IMG/VR virus record: IMGVR_UViG_3300020044_007928 | Span: 1 to 40,392 of that record | From: a virus | Taxonomy: Duplodnaviria; Caudoviricetes | Reading direction: 5' to 3' (one strand) | DNA length: 40,392 nt | In this document: one piece after another, positions 9,159-19,076 of the stretch | Position numbering within the stretch: the first letter of the stretch is position 1 | Layout: each line of letters starts with the position of its first letter | Made by a program: the position numbers and the translations under genes | Notes under the pieces: generated by a model | Told to the model about the DNA's origin: nothing | Database searches by the model: none | What the model saw: only the letters and a program-made list of their open reading frames with translations

Positions 9159-9593
9159 ATGGGCGGGCCAAGGCTTAAGCAATCCGAAGTGTTTACCGTT
9201 TTAACGGCGTGCTCCGGAAACGTGGCGGCGGCGGCAACTCGTCTTGGGTGTACAAGGTGGGGGCTGAATGCTTTCCTTGAGCGCCACCCGCGGTTGTTGC
9301 AGCTATGCAAAGACTTCCGCGAAAGCATGGTTGACCACGCAGAAAGCCAGTTCAACCGGGCCATCTTGAACGGCGCCCCGTGGGCGGTGGCCATGGCGCT
9401 TAAGACCATCGGCAAGCGCCGCGGATATGTTGAACGGCAGGAAGTCGAGCAAGAAACCCGGGTGACCTTGGCCCAACCCGCGGAGGAACTAACCGATGAA
9501 CAGCTCGCCAGGATCGCAGCCCGCGCCGGTGGCGCCACCGGCAGCGGCGGCGGAGCTTCTACGCCGGAGGCACGCCCGGCGGAACCTGGTTAG
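9159..9593 (+). CDS. Putative terminase small subunit (Fis-like HTH)
   Basis: GNVAAAATRLGCTR HTH; LKTIGKRRGYVERQE; immediately upstream of and overlapping terL. Confidence 0.65.
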   Translation: MGGPRLKQSEVFTVLTACSGNVAAAATRLGCTRWGLNAFLERHPRLLQLCKDFRESMVDHAESQFNRAILNGAPWAVAMALKTIGKRRGYVERQEVEQETRVTLAQPAEELTDEQLARIAARAGGATGSGGGASTPEARPAEPG

Positions 9594-10995
9594 CTTCGCC
9601 GAGTACACGATGCCGGAATATCAGCCGGCATGGTACCACCACCTCATTGGAGAGCGCATCGCCGGCATGATTACCGGGCAGGCCCGGCGCCTTATCGTCA
9701 GCCTACCGCCTCGGCACGGAAAGTCGGAGTTGATCAGCCGGCGCCTTCCCGCCTTCCTTCTCGGGATCAATCCCGATGCTTCCATCATCGCGGCGAGCTA
9801 TTCGGCAGACCTTGCAAGCCGGAACAACCGAGACGTTCAACGCGTGATGGATACGCCGGCTTATCAACGCCTGTTTCCCGAGACCCGCCTCAACGACGGC
9901 GGCAACCGAACCGTATCAGGAAGCTGGCTCCGGAATTCTGACCTGTTCGAGATTGTGGGCAGGCGTGGCGTATACCGAAGCGCCGGCGTCGGTGGCGGTA
10001 TCACCGGCATGGGCGGGAGTTGGCTTATTGTCGATGACCCGGTGAAGAACCGCGAGGAAGCCGACAGCGCTTCTTATCGACAGAGTACGTGGGATTGGTA
10101 CACCAGCACCCTTTCCACTCGGCAGGAAGCCGATGCCCGAATCCTGGTAGTCATGACCCGGTGGCACACCGAGGACTTGGCGGGGAAACTGCTAGCCTTG
10201 GCGCAAGCGGAAGCCGGCGCCGACCAGTGGGACCTGATCAACCTCCCGGCTATTGCGCCGGCGGAACCCGCGGCCTATGACAAGCGGACCCATGGGCAGG
10301 CTCTTTGGCCGGAACGGTTTGACCTGCCGGACCTTGAGCGGATGAAAGCTTCCATCGGCGACTACCAGTGGAGCGCCCTTTACCAACAGCAACCGCGGAG
10401 TGGCGGCGGCACCGAGTGGCCCGAGGAGTATTTTGGGAAGGCAATCTGGTTTGACGATTGGCCCAACACGATTACAGCCAAGACCATAGCGGTGGACCCG
10501 TCTAAGGGCAGGGACGGCAGGCAGGGCGACTATTCAGCAATCGTAATGCTTGGGCGAGATCGCGACGGCACCCTATACGTGGAAGCGGACCTTGCGCGCC
10601 GGACTTCCGAAGCAATCATCGACGCCACCCTAGAACACCAGCGGAACTTCGGCGCCACCGCGGTAGTGGTGGAAGCGAATCAGTTCCAAGAGCTCTTGGC
10701 GGTACAGCTATCGGAACGGGCCCGAGCTGCGGGCATGCCGATACCGGTGGTGCCCCTTCACAACAGCGTAAACAAGCTTGTAAGAATCCGGCGCCTTGGC
10801 CCCTACCTCGGGCAAGGCACCATAAGGTTTAAATCGGCAAGCCCCGGCACCAAGCTATTGGTGGACCAACTGCGAGACTTCCCCACCGCGGACCATGACG
10901 ACGGGCCCGATAGTCTGGAAATGGCGTTGCGTGTTATGATTGAACAATTCAACGGCAGGCAATCAGCGGCGCCGGTGCGGAGGTTACGCGCATGA
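9496..10995 (+). CDS. terL: Terminase large subunit
   Basis: Walker A LPPRHGKS, GVGGGITG, Walker B LIVDDPVK, VMTRWH; nuclease domain AVDPS...DYSA...HDDGPD. Confidence 0.95.
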   Translation: MNSSPGSQPAPVAPPAAAAELLRRRHARRNLVSFAEYTMPEYQPAWYHHLIGERIAGMITGQARRLIVSLPPRHGKSELISRRLPAFLLGINPDASIIAASYSADLASRNNRDVQRVMDTPAYQRLFPETRLNDGGNRTVSGSWLRNSDLFEIVGRRGVYRSAGVGGGITGMGGSWLIVDDPVKNREEADSASYRQSTWDWYTSTLSTRQEADARILVVMTRWHTEDLAGKLLALAQAEAGADQWDLINLPAIAPAEPAAYDKRTHGQALWPERFDLPDLERMKASIGDYQWSALYQQQPRSGGGTEWPEEYFGKAIWFDDWPNTITAKTIAVDPSKGRDGRQGDYSAIVMLGRDRDGTLYVEADLARRTSEAIIDATLEHQRNFGATAVVVEANQFQELLAVQLSERARAAGMPIPVVPLHNSVNKLVRIRRLGPYLGQGTIRFKSASPGTKLLVDQLRDFPTADHDDGPDSLEMALRVMIEQFNGRQSAAPVRRLRA

Positions 10996-12941
10996 CACTA
11001 TGGGAACGCATCACCGGCAAGCAGCCACAACCCGCGGCGCCAAGCCCCCGCCAGGTTCGCGAAAACCTCGAGGAAGAGTTAAAGATCAGCCGGCTAAAAC
11101 GCGCCAAGACTTTGCAAGAGTCTTACGCTGGCTCCGATTATTGGCTCACCGCATATTCGGACATCTTGGCCCGGTATCGCGACGGTGGAATGCTTTCTTA
11201 CCCGATAAGTCAGCCCACCGACAGGCGGTATGGTTCCAACTTCCCCTTCTGGTATTCGGAGCAGCAGCTTAGCCTGATTCGGGCCCAAGCCCGAATGTTG
11301 ACCACGATGAACCCCAACGCGCAAGGCCTGCTGAACGGCCTTACGTCTTATGTCATCGGCACCGGCTACACCTATAAGGCGCAGCCGCGGAAGGGTATCG
11401 ATATCGACCAGAGCACCATGGATCGGGTGCAGCGCATCATCGACGAATTCTGCGAGCGGAACGCGTGGTCCGAAATGGAGCAAGAAATCTTCCAGCGAAG
11501 CCGCGAGGACGGCGAAGCCTTTATCCGGCTGTTCTACCAAGAAAACGGCAAGCTCAACATTCGCACCATCGAACCGGAGCAGATATTCCAGCCGCCGGGG
11601 CATGAGCTGGCAGACTGGGCGTACGGCATCAAGACGGACTTGGACGACGTATTCAACGTGCGGGCTTATTACGTTCACTACCTGGCGCCGGGTGGCAAGG
11701 AAGATGCCCGCGACGGCATCGGTGAAGAGGTGCCCAGCGAGGACGTCGTACACATTAAGTGCAATGTGAAGCGGGCCATCAAACGCGGGCTAAGCGACTT
11801 CTCGTATGAGACCCTCGACGCCTTCATGGTGGCGGCGAAATTGCGCCAGAACCTTGGGGAAGGCGCCGCGGTGCAAGCGGCCATCGCGGGTATTCGCCAA
11901 CACGACAACAACACCGTGGGACAGGTGGAGACCTTTAACGCCGGCATGACAGACTACAGCACCTTCAGCCCGGTGACGCAGAAGGAGACCGACTACCAAA
12001 CATTGCAAAGCGGTTCATTCTTGGACATCCCAAAGGGGATGAACTACGTAACGCCACCCGGAGCGGCGAATTCAACCGCGCACCTCGAGATATTGCAAAG
12101 CCTGTTAAGAAGCGCCGGCAACCGTCACAACGCGCCGGAATGGCTTGTCAGTGCCGACGCAAGCAACAACAACTATTCAAGCAGCCTTACCGCGGAGAGC
12201 CCCTTCCTTCGCAATTGCCTACGCCTGCAAAGCTTCTACAAGCGGCCCTTCCTGCGAGTCGTTACCGCGGCAATCAAGAACGCGGCCATGGCGGGGCGCC
12301 TTCCCGGCAACATCTGCGAACTGATCGACCTTAGCGCAACACCGCCAAGCCTCGAAACCCGCGACAAGAACGCCGAAGCGGCGGCGAACCAGATCTACGC
12401 CACCATGGGGGTAAAGTCGGTGCCCACCATTGCCCACGAACTAGGCTTGGATTGGGAAACCGAACTGGCCAACCAACAAGAGTACCAGCAGGAATCGGGA
12501 GCAGCCGGAGCCCTGCCGACAGATCCGGCAAGCCTCGGGCCCGATGATGACCAAGGCGTGACGGAAGCCGCCGGCGGCAAATACGACCACATAGATTTTA
12601 CCCCGCCACAGGGTGCACGGGAGGCAGCCAAGCGAGCCCTGGAAGTGCGCCAAGAAAAGCCAGCCAGTCAGCGAGGCATGACGCCGGTAGGCATCGCCAG
12701 AGCGCGGGACCTCAGCAACGGCGCCAAGCTTTCGCCGGAAACAGTCCGGCGGATGAAGGCATATTTTGACAGGCACGAATCGGACAAATCAGGCGAGACT
12801 TGGGACGAGCAAGGCAAGGGGTGGCAGGCGTGGATGGGGTGGGGCGGTGACCCCGGCTACGCTTGGGCGCGGAAGGTAGTCAAGCAGCTTGAAGCCGCGG
12901 ATGGAGCAACCGAAGGACAACGACCCCGGTGGCAGGTCTAA
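10992..12941 (+). CDS. Portal protein with C-terminal accessory domain
   Basis: Follows terL; ARML...NPNAQG, RSREDGEAF, RGLSDF, DASNNNYSS lambda-like portal motifs; ~120-aa C-terminal extension. Confidence 0.85.
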   Translation: MTLWERITGKQPQPAAPSPRQVRENLEEELKISRLKRAKTLQESYAGSDYWLTAYSDILARYRDGGMLSYPISQPTDRRYGSNFPFWYSEQQLSLIRAQARMLTTMNPNAQGLLNGLTSYVIGTGYTYKAQPRKGIDIDQSTMDRVQRIIDEFCERNAWSEMEQEIFQRSREDGEAFIRLFYQENGKLNIRTIEPEQIFQPPGHELADWAYGIKTDLDDVFNVRAYYVHYLAPGGKEDARDGIGEEVPSEDVVHIKCNVKRAIKRGLSDFSYETLDAFMVAAKLRQNLGEGAAVQAAIAGIRQHDNNTVGQVETFNAGMTDYSTFSPVTQKETDYQTLQSGSFLDIPKGMNYVTPPGAANSTAHLEILQSLLRSAGNRHNAPEWLVSADASNNNYSSSLTAESPFLRNCLRLQSFYKRPFLRVVTAAIKNAAMAGRLPGNICELIDLSATPPSLETRDKNAEAAANQIYATMGVKSVPTIAHELGLDWETELANQQEYQQESGAAGALPTDPASLGPDDDQGVTEAAGGKYDHIDFTPPQGAREAAKRALEVRQEKPASQRGMTPVGIARARDLSNGAKLSPETVRRMKAYFDRHESDKSGETWDEQGKGWQAWMGWGGDPGYAWARKVVKQLEAADGATEGQRPRWQV

Positions 12942-12944
12942 CCA

Positions 12945-15900
12945 GTGGGCAGCGTATTCAACAGCAGGATGGCGGCACGGGTGGGCGTCAATCAGGCGCG
13001 CACCCTGGCGCATGCCGACGCGGTGGCCGACGGCATTGACGCCAAGGTAGTGCGACTATGGAAGCGCGCCTTGCGCCTGATCGCATTGAAGCCCCTTCCG
13101 GTGGATGCGCGCACCCAGCTGGGGGCGATCCTGCGCGAGATTCAAACGCTCACCGTTAAGGGACTGGATGCAGGCCTCCGGCAGATTGCCAAACGGGCCC
13201 ACACCGCGGCGCGGGAGGAAGTCTTGGCCGAAGCCCCGCGGGCAGTCATCGCCACCGCCTTGACCTTGGCAGCGCCGGAAAGGCCTGACCTCACCGAAGC
13301 CCGGCGCCTAAATCCAGAACAACGGGCCCAAGTGGAAGCACAATTATTCCCCGCCCTTGACCATGACGAAACCACCGCAATCATCACGCGCCCAACCAAC
13401 GGCCTGACCTGGCAGGCCCGCATCGCGGCCCAAACCGCCCTGGCGCCACCGGAGCAATTGGCCAACATCGTCATCCAAGGAATCAGCCAAGGGCAGACAA
13501 TCCAAGCCATGGCGCGGACTATGCTTCCCGCGGTGCAGGGTGTCAGAACATCGGCGCGACGGGTGGCACGAACCGAGGGGATGCGGGTGGCGCACGAAGC
13601 CCGGATGGATTGCTACAGCGGCCTTGGGGACCTCGTGGCAGGCTACCAGATTCACGCAACCATGGACTGGCGCGTCAGGCCCCACCACGCGGCAAGGAAC
13701 GGCACGGTTTACTATGTGCGACCCAAGCCGGGGCAACAATCCACGACGCATATGCCGCGGCCCCCGCTCGAGGAAGATGGAACCGTGGCCCACAATTGCC
13801 GGTGCTATCTTACGCCTGTTTTAGACGTTGACCCAGACATCGAAAACAACCCCGCGGCGCGGGCCTTGTTCACCGATAACGACCACAAATTGGTCCAAGA
13901 CCCCAACGTCTATTCGGATTGGTTTGCCAACGCCAGTGACCAAGAGCGGCGGTGGGCAGTCGGGGCGCGGCGCTTGTCGGCAATCACGGCAGGCCTTCCA
14001 GCCGGGCAGGCGCCGACGTGGGCGCATTTCATCGACCCCACCACCGGGCAGCTTCTGCAATTGGAGCGCCTGACAGCCGAGACGCCGGCACGGCGTGAAG
14101 CCCGAATGAACCGGGTGGCGGAAGTCCTGGCGGAGCGGGAGCGACTAGCCCGGCAGGTACAACGGTTTGGCTACCTCACCGCGGAGGACGGAGGCGAACC
14201 GTTACCGGTGCAAGACCTCACCCCGCCGGCGCCCCACCCGTACACGGCACCGGAAAGCCCAACGCCGGAAGCGCCGGAGCCCTTGCCACTACCGGCGCCG
14301 GTGGAACAGGACAGGATTGACGCCGAGCAAGAGAAGTTCAGCCGCGAGGCAGGCAAAGGCGGCGCCTTCCAAGGGGAGGCAGTTAAGGCCGACCCGACGG
14401 AGTACATCCCCTTCCGATGGGAGGCGACTAGGTTCCCGTTCAAGCTTGAAGGACCCACCGGCGTGGCAGTATCGCATGAGGTTTACAAGCCTGTTTTGCG
14501 ACCCGGCGGGAAGCTTGAGAAGGACTCGGATTCAATGCTGAAAAGAGAATGGCAAGAGCTTATGGAGAAGGACAAGCTCACCATGGCGGACCTTCAGTAC
14601 GCCGAAGAAAAAACAACGCTCACGGCATCTCCAGACGGCACCCGGGTTCTATTGGCAACACCGGAACAGGCAGCCAAGGCCATGGGGTTAAAGCCTGCAA
14701 AGGTGCGCGAGTATGACCAGATCGCCGCGGCAACGTGGCGCATTCAATTTGGCAAAGAGATCTTGGCATCATGGCAAGAGAAGGCAGACCAAGCCGAAGA
14801 AATTTGGCGCCAGACTCGAGAGATGGAAGGCCCACCGCCAACACGGTACCCCGAAGGAGACCAAGGCAATAACCGAGCGTGGATTGTTGACGGCATTATC
14901 TTCCGAGTGTACGACGAATCCGAACAGCCGAAATTGACCCGCGGTGTGAAGACGGCAGCGCTCAGCCTATGGCGCGATAAGCAAGCCGAAACACTGCGAT
15001 GGGCGGTAAACATACCGATTGACCACCGGGCCTGGAAAAAAGAAATCAAAGCCGTAGCGGATCAGGTGGAGAGCCTAGAAAAGAAGCTCCGTGGGAAGGT
15101 GGACCGATTCGGGGCGGCGCTTGACGTGATGACGCCGACAGGCCCACAAGTGACGGCGCCGGCGCCACCGCCACCACAGGTAAACGTGGTACGGGGCGAA
15201 GCCGAGCCAATGCCAGACGGTGTCGACGATATAGCGATGGACAGGTACGGCGAGGTTGTCAACCTGGCGCAACGGGCATTTGGCAAGGGCACTAAAAGCT
15301 TGCCATTGTTCAACGCGCTAGGAGAGCTTAGCGGCGAACAAATGGCCAAGGTGGCGCTACACGTAGGCATCGACCCGGCAACGCTTCCCGAGGTTTTGGT
15401 AGGCACTGGCAAGCGCCGAGACTATTTATACGCGCAGATCATTAAGCGGCAGCCTGAAGATAAGCTTATCGACGTTGAAGCTATTTCAGCCGGCGTTGAC
15501 CCGCAAGCGCTTCGATCCGTAGCGGAGCAAGGCTGGGCGTTTGAACAGTCGAAATATAAAGCGGAATTGGAAGCCGTTAAGGAAGTAAAGGCCCAGTACA
15601 AACAATACACTCGGATGGCCAGCGCCGAAGGCAAGCCAAAGCCGTGGCCACCGCGGAACAGTCCGGCATGGAATGACAGCGTGACCTTTCCGCATTGGGA
15701 CAAGATCCTACCGAGCCTGCAACGGGAATTTGAATGGTCCACCCTATTATTCGGCAACCCGGAAGCAGACCTGGCGGCGGCAGGCGAGAACGTAGAATCG
15801 AGCGACCCGTCGCAAGTCTTATGGTCTATCCTGATGCGCCACCAAGCCGGTGGCATCGAGAAGCCCGACAAGGTGGCATTCTATCGAGATCAAATCTATT

Positions 15901-18536
15901 TAGTGCGAGACGATCCAAGCTTTGCCTACGATCCCGAGCGCCCCGTTGTTCCTGTTTCAACGGAGCCGTTCAATTGGGACGATGACACGCCAGCGCCGGC
16001 AGAACCGCCGATGCAACCGGCGGAAGAGCCGGAGCGAGTGTGGGACGATGAGGAAGGCGAATGGGTGACGGCGCCCACCGCGGTGGCAACACCGGACCCC
16101 GACCCGTGGGACGATGACCCATTCGCCCGCGGCGCAGTGGCGCCACCCCTGGCGGCGAAGCAGCCAGAACCCGAAGAGGATGAACGCCGATGGGAAGATG
16201 AAGAAGGCGAAGCTAATTGGGAACCAGCCGGGGCAACCCGCGGTGGCGACCCATGGGACTTCCCGACGGAAACCGCGGCGGCAGAGCCCGCGGAAGATGA
16301 ACGCCGATGGGATGAAGAAGAGGAAGAAGGCGACGCCTACGGATACAATCCGTCGCCACAGGAAACCGTTGAACCGGAGCCAGCGCCGGAGCCCGAACCG
16401 GTACCGGAACCGAAGCCAAAGAAGCTTCCGAAGTACATTCCCGCGGGCCGGTTGAAATCCGACGCGCAAGTGGTATTCCCGGCACCGATAACGGGCAACA
16501 CCGGCGCCGAACTGGTTTCGTATGAGTGGGCCTATCAAGTAGAAGATGTGCAGACAGCCGATGACGTGGTAGCAAAGAAGGTGAGCAATTGGGACCGCGC
16601 AGACGTGAGCGACGAAACCGGCAGACTGATTGTTCACAAATTCGAGGTTCGAGGCGCCGATGGAACGCTTAGGCTGGTAAGCCTAGAAACCGCGGCGCGC
16701 CTGCTCGGGTACACTCCCGGACAAGCTCAAGACATTGCGAACATTGCCACTACCGCTAAGACATATGCGAAGATGCAAATGGCAATCAGTGTGCTTGATG
16801 CGGCAATCAAAGAAACGGCAGAGATTAAGGCGGAAGTGGATGCGATGGAGCCACCGCCGGTTATTGAAGTGAGCAGAACAAGCCCAACTACTAGGAAGTG
16901 GATGATAGGCGACGTTGAGATGGGGGAACGGTTTGGCATAATGGCCGGCGACCACCCGTATGAAATCGGCGAACCAATACCGGCGGAACTGGTCAAGCGC
17001 GGGCAAGACTTTTGGCGAGATGCGCAGCTTGCGCGCAGAAAAAAAGAATCAGGGTATGAAAGCTACGAGGCGTTTGGTTTTCGGCGAAGTGAATTAGAGA
17101 AACGAGCGAAAAAACTAAAGCTAAAACTGGACATAGCAATCCGGAAGGCCGGAGAAAAAAAACGACTAGAAGAGGCAGTCAGATTGGAGCGCCGAGCACT
17201 CCGGGCAGGAATCACGCTGGGCGAAGCTTTTGGACCCATACGGCACCGATGTTTATACTTGAACCCCATGAGAAGACCAATTCACGAATCCGTCTTGAGT
17301 GGCCGCGGCATCCGAGTCAATCGGGAAGCCGGCACCATTGCCAACGTGAAGATCTTGGGCCTTGTCAGCGAGAATGGGCGCCAGTACCTTCCCGCGGCAA
17401 TTCAAGCGGCGAAGAAGCTTTACGAAGGCGTTCACGTAAACATTGACCACCCGAAGGATTCGCCGGACCAACAACGCAGCGCCTACGACAGATTCGGCAA
17501 GCTCACCCGCATTCGGTGGGTGGAGGGCGAAGGCCTTTACGGGGACCTGGTGTACCTCAAAACCCACCCCATGGCGGAACGGATCTGCGAAGCGGCGGAG
17601 CGCATGCCAGACGCCTTTGGGATGTCTCACAACGCCCAAGGCGAAGGCGAAGAAAATAAGGACGGGGTATTCGTCGTAAGTAAAATCGTGGAGGTGCGGC
17701 ACGTGGACCTCGTAGCAGATCCGGCAACAACCAAGAGCCTAAGCGAGAGTAAGAAAATGAAAAAAGCAACAGCGCCAATTGAAGAAGCTAGCAGCGAAGA
17801 CATGAAATTGGTTCAAGAATGGCAGAAGCTATACCATACTTCAATTGACAACGCCAAGAGCGCGAAAACAAAGCAAGGCAAGATAGATTGGGAATACTTT
17901 GCAATCCTTATTGCAGGCATTATGAAAGACGCCGGTACAAAAGCAAGTAGAGGGGAGCCGGTACCCGATCCCAAAAATTACAAAAATGGAATGTTTTCAA
18001 AAATCAAACCGACTTCTACGGATTTGCCCGAAGCCACAGGAGCAACAAAAATGGACACAGTCGAAATCGTTTCGCAATTGAAAGACCTTCTCGACCAGCT
18101 GGCCATGAGCCTTGGCGGCGAGGAAATGCCTTCCGAAGAAGCCTACGACGGCGAGGAAACGAAGCCGGCGATGGAAGCCGAGGACGAAGAAAAGAAATCC
18201 ATGGATGACGAAGCCACCGAAGGCTACGACACCCCGGAAATGGACGAAGAGCCAGAAGAAAAAAAGAAGCCTTCCATGGAAGGGCGCCAAACCAAAGCCA
18301 TTCGCAACGCTCGCAAGCTCTGCGAAGCGGTAGGCTTGAAGCCTTCCCGCGAACTGCTCCAAGACCTGGCTAGCATGCCAAGGGAAACCGCGGCGCGCCA
18401 AGTACAGCGCCTTGCATTGGCGCAAAAATCCAAAGCCCCCCGAAGCGGCAGCTATATGACGGAAGGGCGCACCGGCGCCACCGACAATAACGGCATTCCA
18501 ACCGGGCCGGCTCTATTCACTTGGCTAGCCAACTAA
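12945..18536 (+). CDS. Giant MuF(gp7-like)-cargo-prohead protease-scaffold ORF; probable internal starts at 17268 and 18051
   Basis: MuF motifs ARRVARTE, DWRVRPHHAARNG, HNCRC; protease motifs NIDHP, GMSHNA, VDLVADPAT; acidic scaffold-like C-terminus; no stop over 1863 codons. Confidence 0.8.
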   Translation: MGSVFNSRMAARVGVNQARTLAHADAVADGIDAKVVRLWKRALRLIALKPLPVDARTQLGAILREIQTLTVKGLDAGLRQIAKRAHTAAREEVLAEAPRAVIATALTLAAPERPDLTEARRLNPEQRAQVEAQLFPALDHDETTAIITRPTNGLTWQARIAAQTALAPPEQLANIVIQGISQGQTIQAMARTMLPAVQGVRTSARRVARTEGMRVAHEARMDCYSGLGDLVAGYQIHATMDWRVRPHHAARNGTVYYVRPKPGQQSTTHMPRPPLEEDGTVAHNCRCYLTPVLDVDPDIENNPAARALFTDNDHKLVQDPNVYSDWFANASDQERRWAVGARRLSAITAGLPAGQAPTWAHFIDPTTGQLLQLERLTAETPARREARMNRVAEVLAERERLARQVQRFGYLTAEDGGEPLPVQDLTPPAPHPYTAPESPTPEAPEPLPLPAPVEQDRIDAEQEKFSREAGKGGAFQGEAVKADPTEYIPFRWEATRFPFKLEGPTGVAVSHEVYKPVLRPGGKLEKDSDSMLKREWQELMEKDKLTMADLQYAEEKTTLTASPDGTRVLLATPEQAAKAMGLKPAKVREYDQIAAATWRIQFGKEILASWQEKADQAEEIWRQTREMEGPPPTRYPEGDQGNNRAWIVDGIIFRVYDESEQPKLTRGVKTAALSLWRDKQAETLRWAVNIPIDHRAWKKEIKAVADQVESLEKKLRGKVDRFGAALDVMTPTGPQVTAPAPPPPQVNVVRGEAEPMPDGVDDIAMDRYGEVVNLAQRAFGKGTKSLPLFNALGELSGEQMAKVALHVGIDPATLPEVLVGTGKRRDYLYAQIIKRQPEDKLIDVEAISAGVDPQALRSVAEQGWAFEQSKYKAELEAVKEVKAQYKQYTRMASAEGKPKPWPPRNSPAWNDSVTFPHWDKILPSLQREFEWSTLLFGNPEADLAAAGENVESSDPSQVLWSILMRHQAGGIEKPDKVAFYRDQIYLVRDDPSFAYDPERPVVPVSTEPFNWDDDTPAPAEPPMQPAEEPERVWDDEEGEWVTAPTAVATPDPDPWDDDPFARGAVAPPLAAKQPEPEEDERRWEDEEGEANWEPAGATRGGDPWDFPTETAAAEPAEDERRWDEEEEEGDAYGYNPSPQETVEPEPAPEPEPVPEPKPKKLPKYIPAGRLKSDAQVVFPAPITGNTGAELVSYEWAYQVEDVQTADDVVAKKVSNWDRADVSDETGRLIVHKFEVRGADGTLRLVSLETAARLLGYTPGQAQDIANIATTAKTYAKMQMAISVLDAAIKETAEIKAEVDAMEPPPVIEVSRTSPTTRKWMIGDVEMGERFGIMAGDHPYEIGEPIPAELVKRGQDFWRDAQLARRKKESGYESYEAFGFRRSELEKRAKKLKLKLDIAIRKAGEKKRLEEAVRLERRALRAGITLGEAFGPIRHRCLYLNPMRRPIHESVLSGRGIRVNREAGTIANVKILGLVSENGRQYLPAAIQAAKKLYEGVHVNIDHPKDSPDQQRSAYDRFGKLTRIRWVEGEGLYGDLVYLKTHPMAERICEAAERMPDAFGMSHNAQGEGEENKDGVFVVSKIVEVRHVDLVADPATTKSLSESKKMKKATAPIEEASSEDMKLVQEWQKLYHTSIDNAKSAKTKQGKIDWEYFAILIAGIMKDAGTKASRGEPVPDPKNYKNGMFSKIKPTSTDLPEATGATKMDTVEIVSQLKDLLDQLAMSLGGEEMPSEEAYDGEETKPAMEAEDEEKKSMDDEATEGYDTPEMDEEPEEKKKPSMEGRQTKAIRNARKLCEAVGLKPSRELLQDLASMPRETAARQVQRLALAQKSKAPRSGSYMTEGRTGATDNNGIPTGPALFTWLAN
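15950..16420 (+). repeat. Acidic W-D/E-rich coding repeats (EDERRW[DE]DEEGE) in the MuF extension
   Basis: FNWDDD, ERVWDDEEGE, DPWDDDPF, EDERRWEDEEGE, EDERRWDEEEEEG; DNA repeat GATGAACGCCGATGGGA present twice. Confidence 0.75.
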
Positions 18537-18560
18537 TCACAAACACAAGGGAGTCTCATC

Positions 18561-19046
18561 ATGGCATTTGGTGGATCACGTTTCGTTCAGCCGACTATGA
18601 CGCGCACCGTGGTATATGCGGCCAAAGGCGGAATCGCTATTGATATTGGCGACATCCTTTACCTCGACACCGGGGACGGATTCGCCAAGCCGTTAAGCTC
18701 CAAGGTGGCTTCCGGCACGGTCAACACCGATCAAGTGTTTGTCCACGACAACATTGTTGGCGTGGCCCGAAGCGCCAGACTAGCGGCGCAATCTGCAAAC
18801 GGCACCGTCACGGTTGAAACCGATTGCATTTACGAAGCCGAATGCGCAAGCCAAACATGGGTAGCGGGTGCACTTGTCACCGCGTTCAGCTCAGGAGTTG
18901 CGGCAGCCGGCGCGATTAGCGACCAAAAGGTTGACACCACCGCCTTGACCACCGAGGCCATCGGCGTGGTAGTGGCCAACTACCCCAGCGCCACCACATC
19001 GGTACGGTGTCGCATCTACGGCAAAGCGGCCCGCCAAGTATTTTGA
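18561..19046 (+). CDS. Head decoration/cement protein
   Basis: Small beta-rich protein (AIDIGDILYLD...VGVA) between scaffold and capsid genes. Confidence 0.65.
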   Translation: MAFGGSRFVQPTMTRTVVYAAKGGIAIDIGDILYLDTGDGFAKPLSSKVASGTVNTDQVFVHDNIVGVARSARLAAQSANGTVTVETDCIYEAECASQTWVAGALVTAFSSGVAAAGAISDQKVDTTALTTEAIGVVVANYPSATTSVRCRIYGKAARQVF

Positions 19047-19076
19047 TTTACAATACGAACCAACGGAGTACACCCC

